Source: Adineta vaga (lineage: Eukaryota; Animalia; Rotifera). Taken from it: a stretch of 64,000 nt of DNA. The position numbers and the translations under genes were made by a program. The DNA is taken from contig CP075496.1 of assembly GCA_021613535.1 (NCBI GenBank), forward strand, positions 1,984,001 through 2,048,000. The letters are read 5' to 3'. The notes beneath the pieces are model-generated. The model had not been told where the DNA came from and searched no databases. It saw nothing but the letters and a program-made list of their open reading frames with translations. Below are positions 51,947 through 64,000 of this stretch, piece after piece (the first letter of the stretch is position 1; every line of letters begins with the position of its first letter).

Positions 51947-54866
51947 TTCTGAAAAACCATTTAACACACCTTTTATGTCAGACTGAACCTTATTTTTGTA
52001 TAGAATAATGAAGAGTTCTGTTAGGTTTCAACAGAACCCTCTATGAGCCAGAAGCTTTTTGTGGGTTCTGAATTTTACAAGCGGGCCGAACCCCTAAAAA
52101 GGTTCTGGAAAACTCCTTTTTTATCTTCAGAGTTGGCTTTCATGCATCTAATATCTATGATGTGATGAATAAAATTTCAATAGAAAGAAAATGATTGTTA
52201 AAAAATTGTTCAAAAATATCAACTGCTACGGATTTGAATTTAAAAGATGCATATGTCAAATTAATCAACATCATGCCATATAAATTTGGTTGTGTAGGAC
52301 CATATTGACGTAATAAATTTGCTGATAAATAACGAAATTATGAAACACACGATAATAAACAAATCAATTGATTTCAGTATATTGAATTATCAACGAGTAA
52401 ATATTCCATTGAGCTATATGAGAAAGTCATAATGTATTGTGTATATTTCGGAAAGTATAGAGGCAATTGATCTCAAATTGTGTCGAAGGAAAATAATATG
52501 AAAGTGTTCCACAATAGATTTTTAATGTTGAGAGAATCTGAAATAAAACATAGTTTCTCGTAATATTAACGTAAGATGCGATCAAATGAGAATTAAATAG
52601 GTTTCGAAAAAAACAGTCGAGTATTCCAGAAGGTCTTCTATTGTAAACCTAGATTTACATAAATGAATAGACAACATTATTCTATAGAAGAATAAAATAA
52701 TAGGAATCTATCGAATGACGATAATGCGAAGGATATATCACATGATGCTTTAAACAAATATTACCTTCAAAGATAATGATCAAAAAAGATTAGAACACTT
52801 ATGATAATTAAATGAAAATAGAGTTGCTCTAATAAATTACTGCTTGTCTATAAATCAGAAACAAAATTAGTAGAAATATAGATGAGATTTACGAAATGTT
52901 CATTTTTAATTTTGTTCTCATTTCGTAAGTCTAAATATGGAAGTTTTTATCTCTTTTCCCATGAAAGTAGAAAAGAAAAACTTCTTCTACGCAAGACATC
53001 AACATTATTATTTGTTTTCATTAGAATTTAAAACATTGAAAAAAGAACGAACAATCATATACTCTATAATTTTGGTCAAAATGTATATGTTTTCTGATAG
53101 AAGAGAAAGCTTTTATCTGGAAACATCAAGTATTAAAAAATAAAGAAAAAGAGTTTATTTAATTTTTTGTATGGATTCAATAGTTATTTACCTAATTATG
53201 ACAATGGATAATATCCGTTTACAATCGATTATTTTAAAATTTACAAGCTCGTCTTTCAAATGACGTTTGATAGTGTCTTCATTTTTATCTTGGTTATGAT
53301 GCAACACTCGTTTGGATTCTCATTATTTGGATGCTGTGAGATTGTTCAAAGGTTATAGGTAACTATTATACGAATTCGATATTTTTTACAAATATATTTA
53401 GAGCATTGCAATCAAAATTGATTAAATCAAACCAAACAAAGTTTATCATTAATTTTTTATCTCTTTTCGACTAATGTTAGATATTATTTGTTAATTCATG
53501 TCAGATATAATCCTATCTTTGTTAAAATAACAATATTATATGAAAGAAAATTTCCGTTTAGTGTAAATATGATAATTATATACTTCATCAATATATTCAT
53601 AGTAAAAAAGTCAGTGATCAATATGCCATTGGTTCAATGAAACAAATGTCATGATACATGCGTCGATGGTATATTTTAGAAGAATGTTCATCACAATCGA
53701 TGAATTCAGAAAGGCAGTTCACATTGATTTCGCAAATAAACAAAATCGTCATATTAGATGAAGAAACTATTTTGGATGTATATTCAACAACTAAATGTTC
53801 ATTATCATATGTAATTATTTGAATACACAGCATGCAAAACTTCGATAAATCTAGTATAGTCGGTTTCATCGACGCCGATGATGAATATATTCAAAAAGAG
53901 ATATGTGTAAACTCAAGACAGAACGACTTTACCACTCGCGAATTAATCATACTCTTGTAATATTCAGAATGATAATGAATAGGAAGGGACTATAAGTACG
54001 GGTCACTATGTAAACATGAAACACTCTTTGTGTCCACAAATGCATTTCGCCGTCTTTCATTGAAGTTCGAATATATTGGAAGTTGCATCCAGATGCGATT
54101 TATATCCTAAGTTGTGTCTCTACACATTAGTTAGTTGAGACTGCGATACACTCTTTTCTCTAAAACTTACTTTTCTATCTTGAAAGATGTACGAGTACAA
54201 AACATCTTTCTATCATTAGACATCAAACGCCAAATCAAAGAAGCAACTAAATAAAGTTGTCAAACTCGTCATCCGCTTTATCTTGACCTCAACCCCAACT
54301 CTCTAACGCTACAAATATAGTAACGATTCGTGAGGCACTCAGACTTTAAACTAAACTCTCTATTATGAGAAATATTCAAAATAAAGTTCGGAAGAATATT
54401 TTCCTACGTTTTCATGCACAACAGAATGTTTAAGAAATAATTTCCCAGTCGTTCCCAATCGATCAGCGATGGGAATAAGTGCAGCGGACCCATTAAAAGG
54501 CTCATAAAACGCATCGACGGTCGTCCTTCCTCTTCATAATCTCTCCACTATTGAAACATTTTCAGAAGACATTATATTAAGAGTAGACAGTTTTACAAAA
54601 TATCACATGATACCCATCAAACTTCACCTAATAAATTATAGTGCATTTCAAACACGGTATTTCGCTATCTCTGACATACACAAATCATCAACTTAGATGA
54701 TACACACATTTCTCAGGGTCGAAAATCAAGAGCTTAAAACAAAACACGTTATTGTACGATAATTACGACTTCGAAACAAACTGTGTATTCAATTCTCACC
54801 ACATCGGTTTCCTCTAAAAAAATTCTCCAGAAAAGAGCACTAAAAACAATGTCCCTCGAGTCCAAA

Positions 54867-56191
54867 CTACAAAGTCAACCTATTTCCAAAAGTATTTCGG
54901 AGATACTTTCTTTCTTGATCGCTGATTTGATTGCCCCCGAGATCTAGTGCAGTGAGTGTCTATAGACGAGAGAGAGCATGGATGTGTCAATTAGGACAAG
55001 AGCGAATGAATGTTACTGTGTTTATTCGCAAGGCATCTCCAATATGTTGTGCGCCTTGATCGCTGATTTCATTGTAATAGAGATTTAGTGTGGTGAGTGT
55101 CTATAGAGGAGAGAGAGTATGGATGTGTCAATTAGGACAACAGCGAATGAATATTACCGTGTTTATTTGCAAGGCATCAACAATATGTTGTGCTCCTTGA
55201 TGGCCGATTTGATTGCCCCGGAGATCTAGTGTGGCGAGTGTCTATAGACGAAAGAAAGACTGTGAATGTGTCAATTAGGACAAGAGTGAATGAATATTAC
55301 CTTGTTTATTGGCAAGGCATCACCAATATGTTGTGCTCCTTGATCGCCGATTTGATTGTTCTCGAGATTTAGTGTGGTGAGTGTCTATGTATAGAATATT
55401 CCTGTCGAGAATGTGGGTAAAGCAATCGGAACTTTAGAGTTATGCTTTTCGACTAGATATAGTATTATACAAGAGGTGTCGCGGTAGGGTGGGAAAGTGT
55501 TAGATCTGGGTTCATGGAGTGAAAAGAGAAATCGTTGCTTGTCTGATTATTACTGCGTTAATGTTCGAATCGTCGGATGAGTAGAGTGAGTACTATACTA
55601 AAGGTAGTGATACTTGTTTATTTCGAATGGTTTTGGATTGTTATTTTTACATTTGGTTTGCGAAAGATCGTATTGAGTCGGGCAGAATTTAAAACAGTTG
55701 ACTTTATTTTATTCAGTGGATTTCAAAGATAGTTGTTGCATTGTCTAAGGGTTGCAATAGAGACATTTGTTTGAAAGGTGAAAGAGGTTTTAATGCTGCG
55801 GTTTTATTCTTGTGCGGCACATGAGATCACGTTTAATAAGATATATATTCTATGAGCATAGATAGTAAAGAACAGGCGAGAGGAAGGGTTGTTTTAATAG
55901 CATGAGTCAATATTGTGTTTGGTTGACTCGTGGAAATTGCTTGGGAATTGTGAAATTTGTTTTTTCTTTGAGTAAACTGATTAAGTTAGATATTGCGAGG
56001 CTCATGTGTGCTTGAACAGATGAGAAAATAGGTAAAGCACTTTGCAAACTTACTTGATATCGATGATAAGTGTTCAGAATTTGATTAAAACGTTGGCAAA
56101 CATTTTGCATTGAACAAAATAGTGTAAAATCAGACAGATGATCCAAAATTCGATAGACGAGTTCAATCGGTAATGTTGAAAATGTGTACAT
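54867..56191 (-). CDS. F-box + RI/NLRC3-type LRR protein, one LRR per exon
   Basis: F-box exon 56191-56054 (TLPIELVYRILDHL...VCQRFNQI); 84-nt phase-0 exons 55384-55301, 55241-55158 and 55100-55017; terminal exon 54959-54867 ending NRLTL*. Confidence 0.88.
54914..55390. repeat. Tandem repeat, about 3.3 x 142 bp (LRR exon + intron unit)
   Basis: Repeated gagtgtctataga...atgtgtcaattaggacaa.agcgaatgaat.ttac...caaggcatc..caatatgttgtgc.ccttgat. Confidence 0.95.
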
Positions 56192-57104
56192 ATTCGCTTT
56201 AAATTCCACAAAAGTTTGTTGAGAATACAAGCTATTGAATATATTTTGTTTGTTATGAAAAGAAATTCGCTTTACTGATAGTATTGTATTTTTGTTATTC
56301 GAAAAAGATAATGAAATCTGACGATTTCAACAAAAGCGAATAGTTCGTTTATGCAGAAAGATGGCGTTAACGTATGTATTGAGTGGAGTTTCGTCTGACG
56401 TGTGTGATTATCAGTGTCAGTATACACTCAAGATACGTATTTTTCATTAGTAATTTTTTGAGTTTTACAAAAGAGTTCGTTTTAAGAAAGGATATTTTTG
56501 CATGTGATATTCAACAAAAGTTCAATCAGAAAAGGAAATCTTTGAGGGTAGATACCGATAGTCTCTACTTTTCACGCTCACGCTCCATACCCTCATAAAC
56601 TAATTTCATTCTATTAGTTCGACGTAAGGCAATTTTTATTTCAAATACGTCTATCCTTAAAGATCTTAACAAGAAAATTAATTGAATTAAAGAAAACAAA
56701 GCCGGTTCATCTTATCGTGATGTGTGAGATAAATTTTTTGTATGAACAATTGGTGGTGTATCAAATATTCTCAAAAGCAAAAGAAAACACATGAAAGTAT
56801 AAACTAAGTTCGAGTCTGACTCTCACCGAGTTAACTGAGACTGTTGCATGTCTATGCCATCGTATCTCTAAGATGTTCTTATATGATTTGCTTATTCCCC
56901 TACGTTTTTCATTGATTCCAATAGTGTTCAAACTAGACAAATTTTACTGTACTTTATTTTTCTCAAACCTGCTACGGGTTCGATTCTACCTATGTGTTCA
57001 TTTATTGAATTATCATCTCTAGAATGATCAATAGTTTCTATTTCAATATTACTAAACTTTTAATGATTTTATGAATAAATAACGACCGACTGATTGTAAT
57101 CTCA

Positions 57105-58155
57105 TATTATATCTATCGAAAGCGCGTACTGAAGGGTAGAGCAATATTTTGATTTTGTGCAGCCTTTAACTGTTAACCCTTGCTCCTTCGCATCGACCCC
57201 CACCTATCGTCCTACCCTTAATCTACTCTCGGTTTCCGATATTTAAGACAGTCTTGAAGAAAATGGTTTTTTGACCTTTGACACTGACACAAAAGCGCAC
57301 AGAAACTTTTTTTTCCATATGACGCTCCTTTCTGTGGAAGGAATAAGGTGTGAGTGTAAGTGTTCCTTGACAGAGTACGCACATACATACATCCACACAA
57401 GGGGAAAAGACGGATCCTGGATCCTCATAGTTCCTGCGATCACACAGTTCATGATGACCAATGATAACCCATGAGGTTCCGAGAGTTTTATAGGATTTGG
57501 GTATCCAGGATCCGCTTTTTCTCCCTTGCAGACCCACGCCCTCAACTTCTACTGAAAAAATATTTCTTCAATTAACCCAGTAGTTTTATTAAATAATTCA
57601 CAGTCAGAATTTTTTCTTTTACGCTTAATAACAGGTTATTTTCAGTTTCGCAATAATTATAATAATTGATTAGAATTGTGAAAAGCTAACATCAGATTTG
57701 AAATCCTCGACTTCGATTACTTTTGGGTAAATCATATAAAGATGATTATTAGTAAATTTTCATGAATTTTGATATTGCTGCAATCTGACTGGGTTAGACA
57801 AATAAGAAATAACAATTAATTAATTAATTATGGTCCATAGAAAAATATTTTTGGGAAAGGAACCCAAGATTCGTATTCCTCGATCTCGATTACATATGAC
57901 GAATCGTTGTCCGATGACCAGTGGTAAGTTTTCATCGATTTATACACTGCTTTCACCTGATTGGCTTGGACAAACAAACAAACTTTAAGCATTTTAAGGA
58001 CCCTATTTGAGAAGCATATAACCCTTTCTTTCAGAAAAGGGAAAAACGTTTAAATAACGGTGGTAATCAATCAAAAATTGCAATCGAGTTCCTCGTATTT
58101 CAGTGATTTCATGAAAGCAGTACTTTCATCGGGAATTTTCAGATTTGCCAAGTTA
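57105..58155. mobile_element. Degenerate non-autonomous element, class unresolved
   Basis: GC-elevated segment with an internal inverted pair (aaagacggatcctggatcc / ggtatccaggatccgctttt) and a direct repeat (tcctcgac/t.tcgattac at about 57704 and 57877); no coding signal; boundaries approximate. Confidence 0.45.
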
Positions 58156-58333
58156 ATATATTAATATTTATTTTATTTTTTGAATCTTTATATAATTTTT
58201 GTAAGAATAATAAACTTTATCTTTTTGGAAAACAGGAACAAAACATTCTTTTTATATAACATAGTCCTTTCGATTCCTGAAAAGATTCACGTGTTTATCA
58301 TAATAATTCTAACATAATTCAAATACAATTGTT

Positions 58334-58446
58334 TGACGTCATTGATTCAACGATATAAACATAAATGACTACAATCAAATAAGAGGTATAAAAACATTCT
58401 TAAACAAGCGCATTAACACATATCTCTTCCTTCTTAATTGACGTCA
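58334..58446. promoter_or_regulatory. Pair of perfect CRE palindromes (TGACGTCA)
   Basis: TGACGTCA at 58334-58341 and 58439-58446, with near-matches TGACATCA and ACGTCA nearby. Confidence 0.45.
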
Positions 58447-59132
58447 AAATTTTATGACATCAGGTTTTGTTATCGAACTTACACAAGAAAAGTCATCACA
58501 AAACTAACGTCAAACAAATTGCGCAGAATGAGTGAGATGAAGTCATTAAAAGAAAGAAAAAGATGAATTTGTGATTTCCATAATTGATTTCCTTACAATC
58601 AACTTTTCTTTCTTTGGTTGAGATGCAAATCGTGGAAAACCATTGCGAAAACTTTTTGTTTGTTTGATAAAGAATATCTGGTTCATTTTTGGGCTCTGTA
58701 TGAATCTAATAAGGAGCAGCACAAACTAAATCTGTAAATGGAAATGGTAGAGACGATTTATATGATAATGGCCATGTACAGTATCCAAATATGATTAAAC
58801 CATGACTTGATATACGAAGTCAAGTATAAAAATTCAAACATCAACATGATAATACGAACATCTTTATATATGATATCCACACACCTGTCTTCACTTTTAA
58901 CAAATAGTGAATCAAAACAAACCATGTATACTGACTTGATATGACTATTTTGCTTTCTATTACATCCTAGGTGTATAGAATCATTGACGAAAGTTTACAT
59001 CGTATATGTTACTTTTCTAGACCTTTGAGCTCCAAAGGAAACTAGTTGAAAAAGAATGTAACTTAAATGAGGTAAAATCAAATAAAAAAGTTTATTTATT
59101 AGATAGAAAAAGACGTTCCTTATAAATTTCTT

Positions 59133-59634
59133 TCAAACAAATCGATTAATTAACGAAAGCATTAAAGCACTGACCAATACAACCATAGTTGATTTCGATG
59201 TAATGCTTCCTGTATTGCAGTAACTACTTCTACAACAACAGAGATATATCCGTTGACCTGTAGTAGGCTCATTTGTCCATCTACAACCAGACCATGAACA
59301 AAGACCAGGTTGTGCAAGTCCACGAGTAGATGGATAACGATAATCAGAATATAAACTTTTTTTCTAAAAATTATAAAAATATTAATGATAATTTGATCTA
59401 ATCAATCAATTCTCTCGAGACACTTACAGCACAATATCCAGAATATGATTGAACTACTGATACAGCCGGTGACGATGGATAAAATGGATTAGGACAATTT
59501 GAACAAAAATAACAATTTATACTATTAGCAGTACCTTTAATTCATATAATCGAATTAATAAAATATAATTACTAAGAAAATTTCTTACCAACACACACGA
59601 ATAATAATGCAAAATATAAAAGTATATTATTCAT
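59133..59634 (-). CDS. Ly6/uPAR three-finger GPI-anchored protein (missed by the ORF track)
   Basis: Signal MNNILLYFALLFVCV|GTANS, then INCYFCSNCP...GYCA|K...LCSWSGC...YLCCCRSSYCN and a hydrophobic GPI-type tail; 3 exons. Confidence 0.88.
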
Positions 59635-60604
59635 TTTTTTTCTCGCACTCTGATTACAATGTTACTAACTGTTAGATAATAATTTTCTCTTTGTGAGTGT
59701 ATATATATATATTATTGTCAGAAGATAACGAAAACATTATTATCTTGGTTTTGCGCATATTATATTAATATGTGAAAGTGTTTTTATACTGAGTAATATT
59801 AAAGAAAAAGCATATTTTTTTGTCATTCTTATCAAATGACTCTTCGTCTTTGAAAACGTGTGAACAATATTTGCTCTGAAATATATCAATAGTATTTGAA
59901 TGAAAGATAAAATGATTCATAGACTAACCATTCTAATGTAAATTTTGATGAGATTGATCTGAGTTTTATCTCAACTTAGAAATAAATTCAAATTGAACAA
60001 ACAATGTCGATATTATTTGATCATAAGTCTAGAGACGGAAATGAATACTTCAATAAATCCCTTTTTTGTTGAATTTCTTTAGGACATTTCGAAATAATTG
60101 AAAAAGAAATGTTAAATAACTGCATTTTTTCGTTAACAAGTTAATGTCTTCATCAATTCACATGTTTTCATGTTTGTCGCAGTTGAATAAAATGATCACT
60201 GACGTATTTGCTAGCAGCAGCTGCTTCTCTTGTTGAGATTCTTTTATTGTTTAATTTTCTTTTCGTATCAAAAACAATGTAGGATGCGGAAGGAAAGAAA
60301 ACGCTCTATGCAATGACGACAATGAATAGCAGAGAAAAATCGATCGATAATAAACAAACGACTAACTATCATTCGTTCGACCCTCGAGGCAAACCAGGTA
60401 GAATTTCAATTGAAATACATCAAAGAATTTGTGGGCGGAGAATATAATGAAAAGAAAGGAAGTATATACACTCTCTTGTAACAGATGTTTCAGACATTAA
60501 ATGCATAGCGACATAAAAACGAATCATTGTACTTTCTTCAAACATATTTTTCTGCGTGTAAGAATTTAGATTTTGTCTACTTTGTACATAAAATTTTCGT
60601 CAAA

Positions 60605-63356
60605 ATGGATCACGATGATATGGGTAGTAATATGCAGCAATTAATTGCTGCAAAAGCTGAAGAATTATTTAATCAATGTGATACGGAACAGAAAGGTTTT
60701 ATTATAAAGAAAGATATGCAACGTTTACGAGAAGAACTTGGTGTTGAACCCGAACAACTTGAAGATGTTTTTGATTCGTTAGATAATGATCATAATGGAT
60801 ATTTAACATTAGAAGAATTTACTTGTAAGTTGAATTTAATTTAATTAGAAAAATTTTCGTTTTCTTCGGATATCATTTCAGCGGGTTTTGGAATGTTTCT
60901 TGGTGAACAAATGGGTGGGGGACATGGTAATGAACATGAAATGATTGAACATGATCCAAATGACAAAGAAGAACAAGATTTATTTCATGATACATTAGAA
61001 TCTCTTGGTGCAAAAGATCTTTACGATGATGAAGAAACAATCATGGGTTTATGGATGAAATTACGTGAAAATGATCCAACGTTATTGCGACAATTTGAAC
61101 AATTTATTGGAAAAGTTACACAAGAGATTCGTCGATCGAAATTAGATCATCGAAGTATTGAAGCTGCTCTTCAAAGTAAATCATCTGTACATGAATCTGA
61201 AATAAAAAAATTATACGATGAAATGGAACAACAAATAAAAGCAGAAAAAGCTAAAGTTCTTGCACAAGTAAATGTGTATTTTTTGGAAACGATTTTATTT
61301 AGATTAAAAATTTCAATTTCAATAGGAAAAATTAAAAGAACGTGAACTTCGAGAACAAATGGAACGTGAATTACGTTCGAAAGAACAACACTTAGCAGAA
61401 GTGACAAAAAAACAAAGTGAATTAGAAATAAAATTACTTCGAGTCAATTTAAATGAAACGGAAACGAAAAGTGAAAATGATCGTTTACAAAAAGTTTGTT
61501 TGAATTCTTTTTTGTTTGTATGGAAAGCATTTTTATTTAAGGAAAAAAGTCAATTAGAAGAACAATTACAAGAAATAACCAAAAGTTTAGAAGAATCGAA
61601 AAATTATATTTCACAATTACAAGTTCAAACAAAAAAAGAAAAACGTGATCGAGCAAAGTATGTTAATACTATGCAAGAATGAGAAGATTACAATTATTTC
61701 TTTAGACAAGCATTGACATTAACAGAAAGTATCGCTCTTGAACGAGAAAATCTTGTTAAACAACTTGATTCATTAAAGTAAGAAAAACAATAAAAAAAAA
61801 CATATCAATAAATATTTACAATTCCATTTCAATCATTAGAACAATCAATAAACGATTAGTTGATGAACGAGATCTTCATCATGGTTCGAGAGTAAGTTCT
61901 ATTATATAATTCACTTATGGCGATTATTGATATCTTTGAAAATGATTGATTGTAATATTTTAGCAACAAGAAGAATCACCATCACCAACGAAAAAACCTA
62001 TGCGAAAACAAGGTTCTATTCTTTCTGACTATTTCACTCCATCACATCGGTAAATCAACAGATAATTTTCTTCAAAAGAAAAAACGTTAAATAAATCTCG
62101 TCTTTTGCATAATTAGTGAACCTGAAGAAGATGATGATGGAACATCTCTACCAAATGACAATAATATTGAATCTTCACGAAATCGACGACGTCGTTCAAG
62201 GTAGTATTTCAAATTCTTTAATTCAATTAAAATGTGATAAAACGGAGGACAATATTGATCTTGCTGTTTTAGAGCACACGAATTGGGTGCACGAGAACAA
62301 CCCGTAGGTGCAAATTCAGATTTTCAACATTCAGAATTAATGGTAACGAATTTCTAAAAAAAATCGCTATTTTATTGTTCAGATATAGTTTTTTCTGTTT
62401 AGAATGTAGCAGCAAATGCAGTACCGGAACGAATGTTTAAAGTAGCTTTTATTGGTATGTATTCTTATTGGAATGTATGATGAGAGGCTGACAAAACAAA
62501 ATGATATTTTTAGGCGATAGTGGAGTGGGAAAAACAAGTTTTATTCAACGATTTTGTACGGATAATTTTAAAGATTCCTTTTCTGCTACCATTGGTGTTG
62601 ATCTTCAAGTAAAAATGATGAATATCGATAATCGAATTGTTGCTTTACAATTATGGGATACTGTAAGTATATAAAAAAAACGTCTTTTAGAAGAATTGCC
62701 ATTGACGAAATTTTTCTTAAATCTTTTCAGGCTGGTCAAGAAAGGTTTGTTTGATAAAAATAAAATTCATATCAATTGAATTTTCATGGAATTTAATCAT
62801 AGATTTCGAAGTATTACAAAACAATATTTTCGAAAATCCGATGGTGTTATACTTGTCTATGATGTAGCATCTGAAATCACATTTCGTAATGTTCGTGCGT
62901 GGATGACAAGTGTTCGAGTATGTTTCAAATAGACAAATCTATTTCTTATTTATTCAAAATTGTTTAAAGGAATCGGCTGAAGATGATTGTGTAGTTGCAC
63001 TTGTGGGAAATAAGACAGATTTATGTAGTGATGATGAAAAACGACCGGTCAAGTATAAAGATGGAGCCAAATTAGCTGATGTAAATTCACTTCATTTGAA
63101 ATTGTTTTTCTTTGATTAGAATCATCTTTTTCATCTAGGAATATGGTTGTTTATTTTTTGAATGTAGTGCTAAATTAGGTACATCAGTTGTTGAAATAAT
63201 GGAAGCAATAGCTCGGTAAATGATGTAGTTTCTTCAGAGCAAAATTCTTCAATCAATCTTTTTTTTAGAATCATGCAAGATAAAGATGACAAACAACGTA
63301 AAGGTGAAAATATTGTTGATATATCATCAAAGAAGAAAAAACGTGGATGCTGCTAG
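60605..63356 (+). CDS. CRACR2A: Large EF-hand/coiled-coil Rab GTPase (CRACR2A/Rab46-like)
   Basis: KAEELFNQCDTEQKGFIIKKDMQRL...LEDVFDSLDNDHNGYLTLEEF, coiled coil, GDSGVGKT, ATIGVD, WDT|AGQER|FRSITKQYFRK, GNKTD, ECSAK and a C-terminal GCC prenylation motif. Confidence 0.9.
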
Positions 63357-64000
63357 TCAGTTCAATGCATATCTTTCTTTCTTTTTATATTGAACAAAGC
63401 TAAATGAACACTGCTGCGCAGTTCTTTTTCTTTTCTTTTTTTTCTCTCTTTGATACGGTGTCGGGATAAATTGGGTTTGATAAAATCTACCAAGAGAAAC
63501 TGAAACGAAGAAAACAAATCTTAATAAATTGAAAGGAAATTCATCAGATGATTTAATAGACATGCACATGATAGAAACGAAGAAATTTCTTTTCGGATGA
63601 AGAAAAACGAGAGAAAAACGATATCTATTTCTTGAATTGCACGAATGACGATTACATATCTTCTATCGATAACCATACATCCGTGATTTTTTCTTTCGGG
63701 CGATCATTCTGATTGGAAAGAGATTATTCTTGCTCGATGCTCTTGACATATACAATCGAACAGTTGTCATTTACGTCTCGATACAAATAAAGAGAATCTG
63801 ATTCTTAGAAAACAAGTCAACGGGAGGTAAGGATGTTATGTTGATTGTTTCTTTTTTTCTTTCAACGAACAATTTGGTTATTCTTTTGTTTAGAATCGTT
63901 AATAATCATGAGTTTTTATCTGTTTCTTTCATGTTCATTTTTTCTCTTCATTCGTTGTCAACCACGCGATGAAATTGTTGAATGTAATGATAAAAAACTC

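Larger units (their letters stand above)
49912..52132. mobile_element. About 2.2-kb non-autonomous DNA transposon with TIRs and GGTTC/GAACC subterminal repeats (CACTA/EnSpm-like)
   Basis: Left ctctgaaagaaaaaaaaggagtgttccaaaaacctttttgggttc versus right (reverse complement) ctctgaagataaaaaaggagttttccagaacctttttaggggttc; no transposase ORF. Confidence 0.75.

Noticed and set aside
54914-55390. CRISPR-like or satellite interpretation of the 142-bp repeats
   Set aside because: Fully explained as LRR exon+intron units; no unique spacers or cas genes; eukaryotic context.
1-64000. Clear horizontally acquired bacterial or fungal gene
   Set aside because: All recognisable genes look metazoan or general eukaryotic; orphans cannot be assigned without BLAST.

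Overview
Eukaryotic, AT-rich animal DNA with many 50-60 nt GT-AG introns. Gene content and architecture best fit a bdelloid rotifer (Adineta/Rotaria-like); the organism is my inference. Gene models were spliced by eye, so internal boundaries are approximate. 0-32.5 kb is gene-dense: cathepsin L, a coiled-coil protein, a RING/B-box protein, SUCLG1, PCMT1, RPL35, a WW-less Salvador-like protein, NT5C3, two ABHD12 paralogs, an SDR, AIFM1, MFSD14/HIAT1, a pogo-derived HTH protein, two myristoylated EF-hand proteins and a TRAF. 42-58 kb is a gene-poor accessory island with a probable TDRD9/spindle-E relic, an orphan gene and its decayed copy, non-autonomous DNA elements, a long hairpin and an F-box/LRR gene made of tandem exon+intron cassettes. 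A Ly6 gene and CRACR2A/Rab46 close the window. Highlights: (1) a candidate SL trans-spliced five-gene operon; (2) a cassette-built F-box-LRR gene whose variation concentrates at ligand-face codons; (3) Salvador with PPxY motifs instead of WW domains; (4) an ABHD12 paralog with the catalytic Ser changed to Ala; (5) a PIMT with a signal-peptide-like extension and two tandem 11-nt microexons. Several single-base homopolymer frameshifts look like assembly errors.
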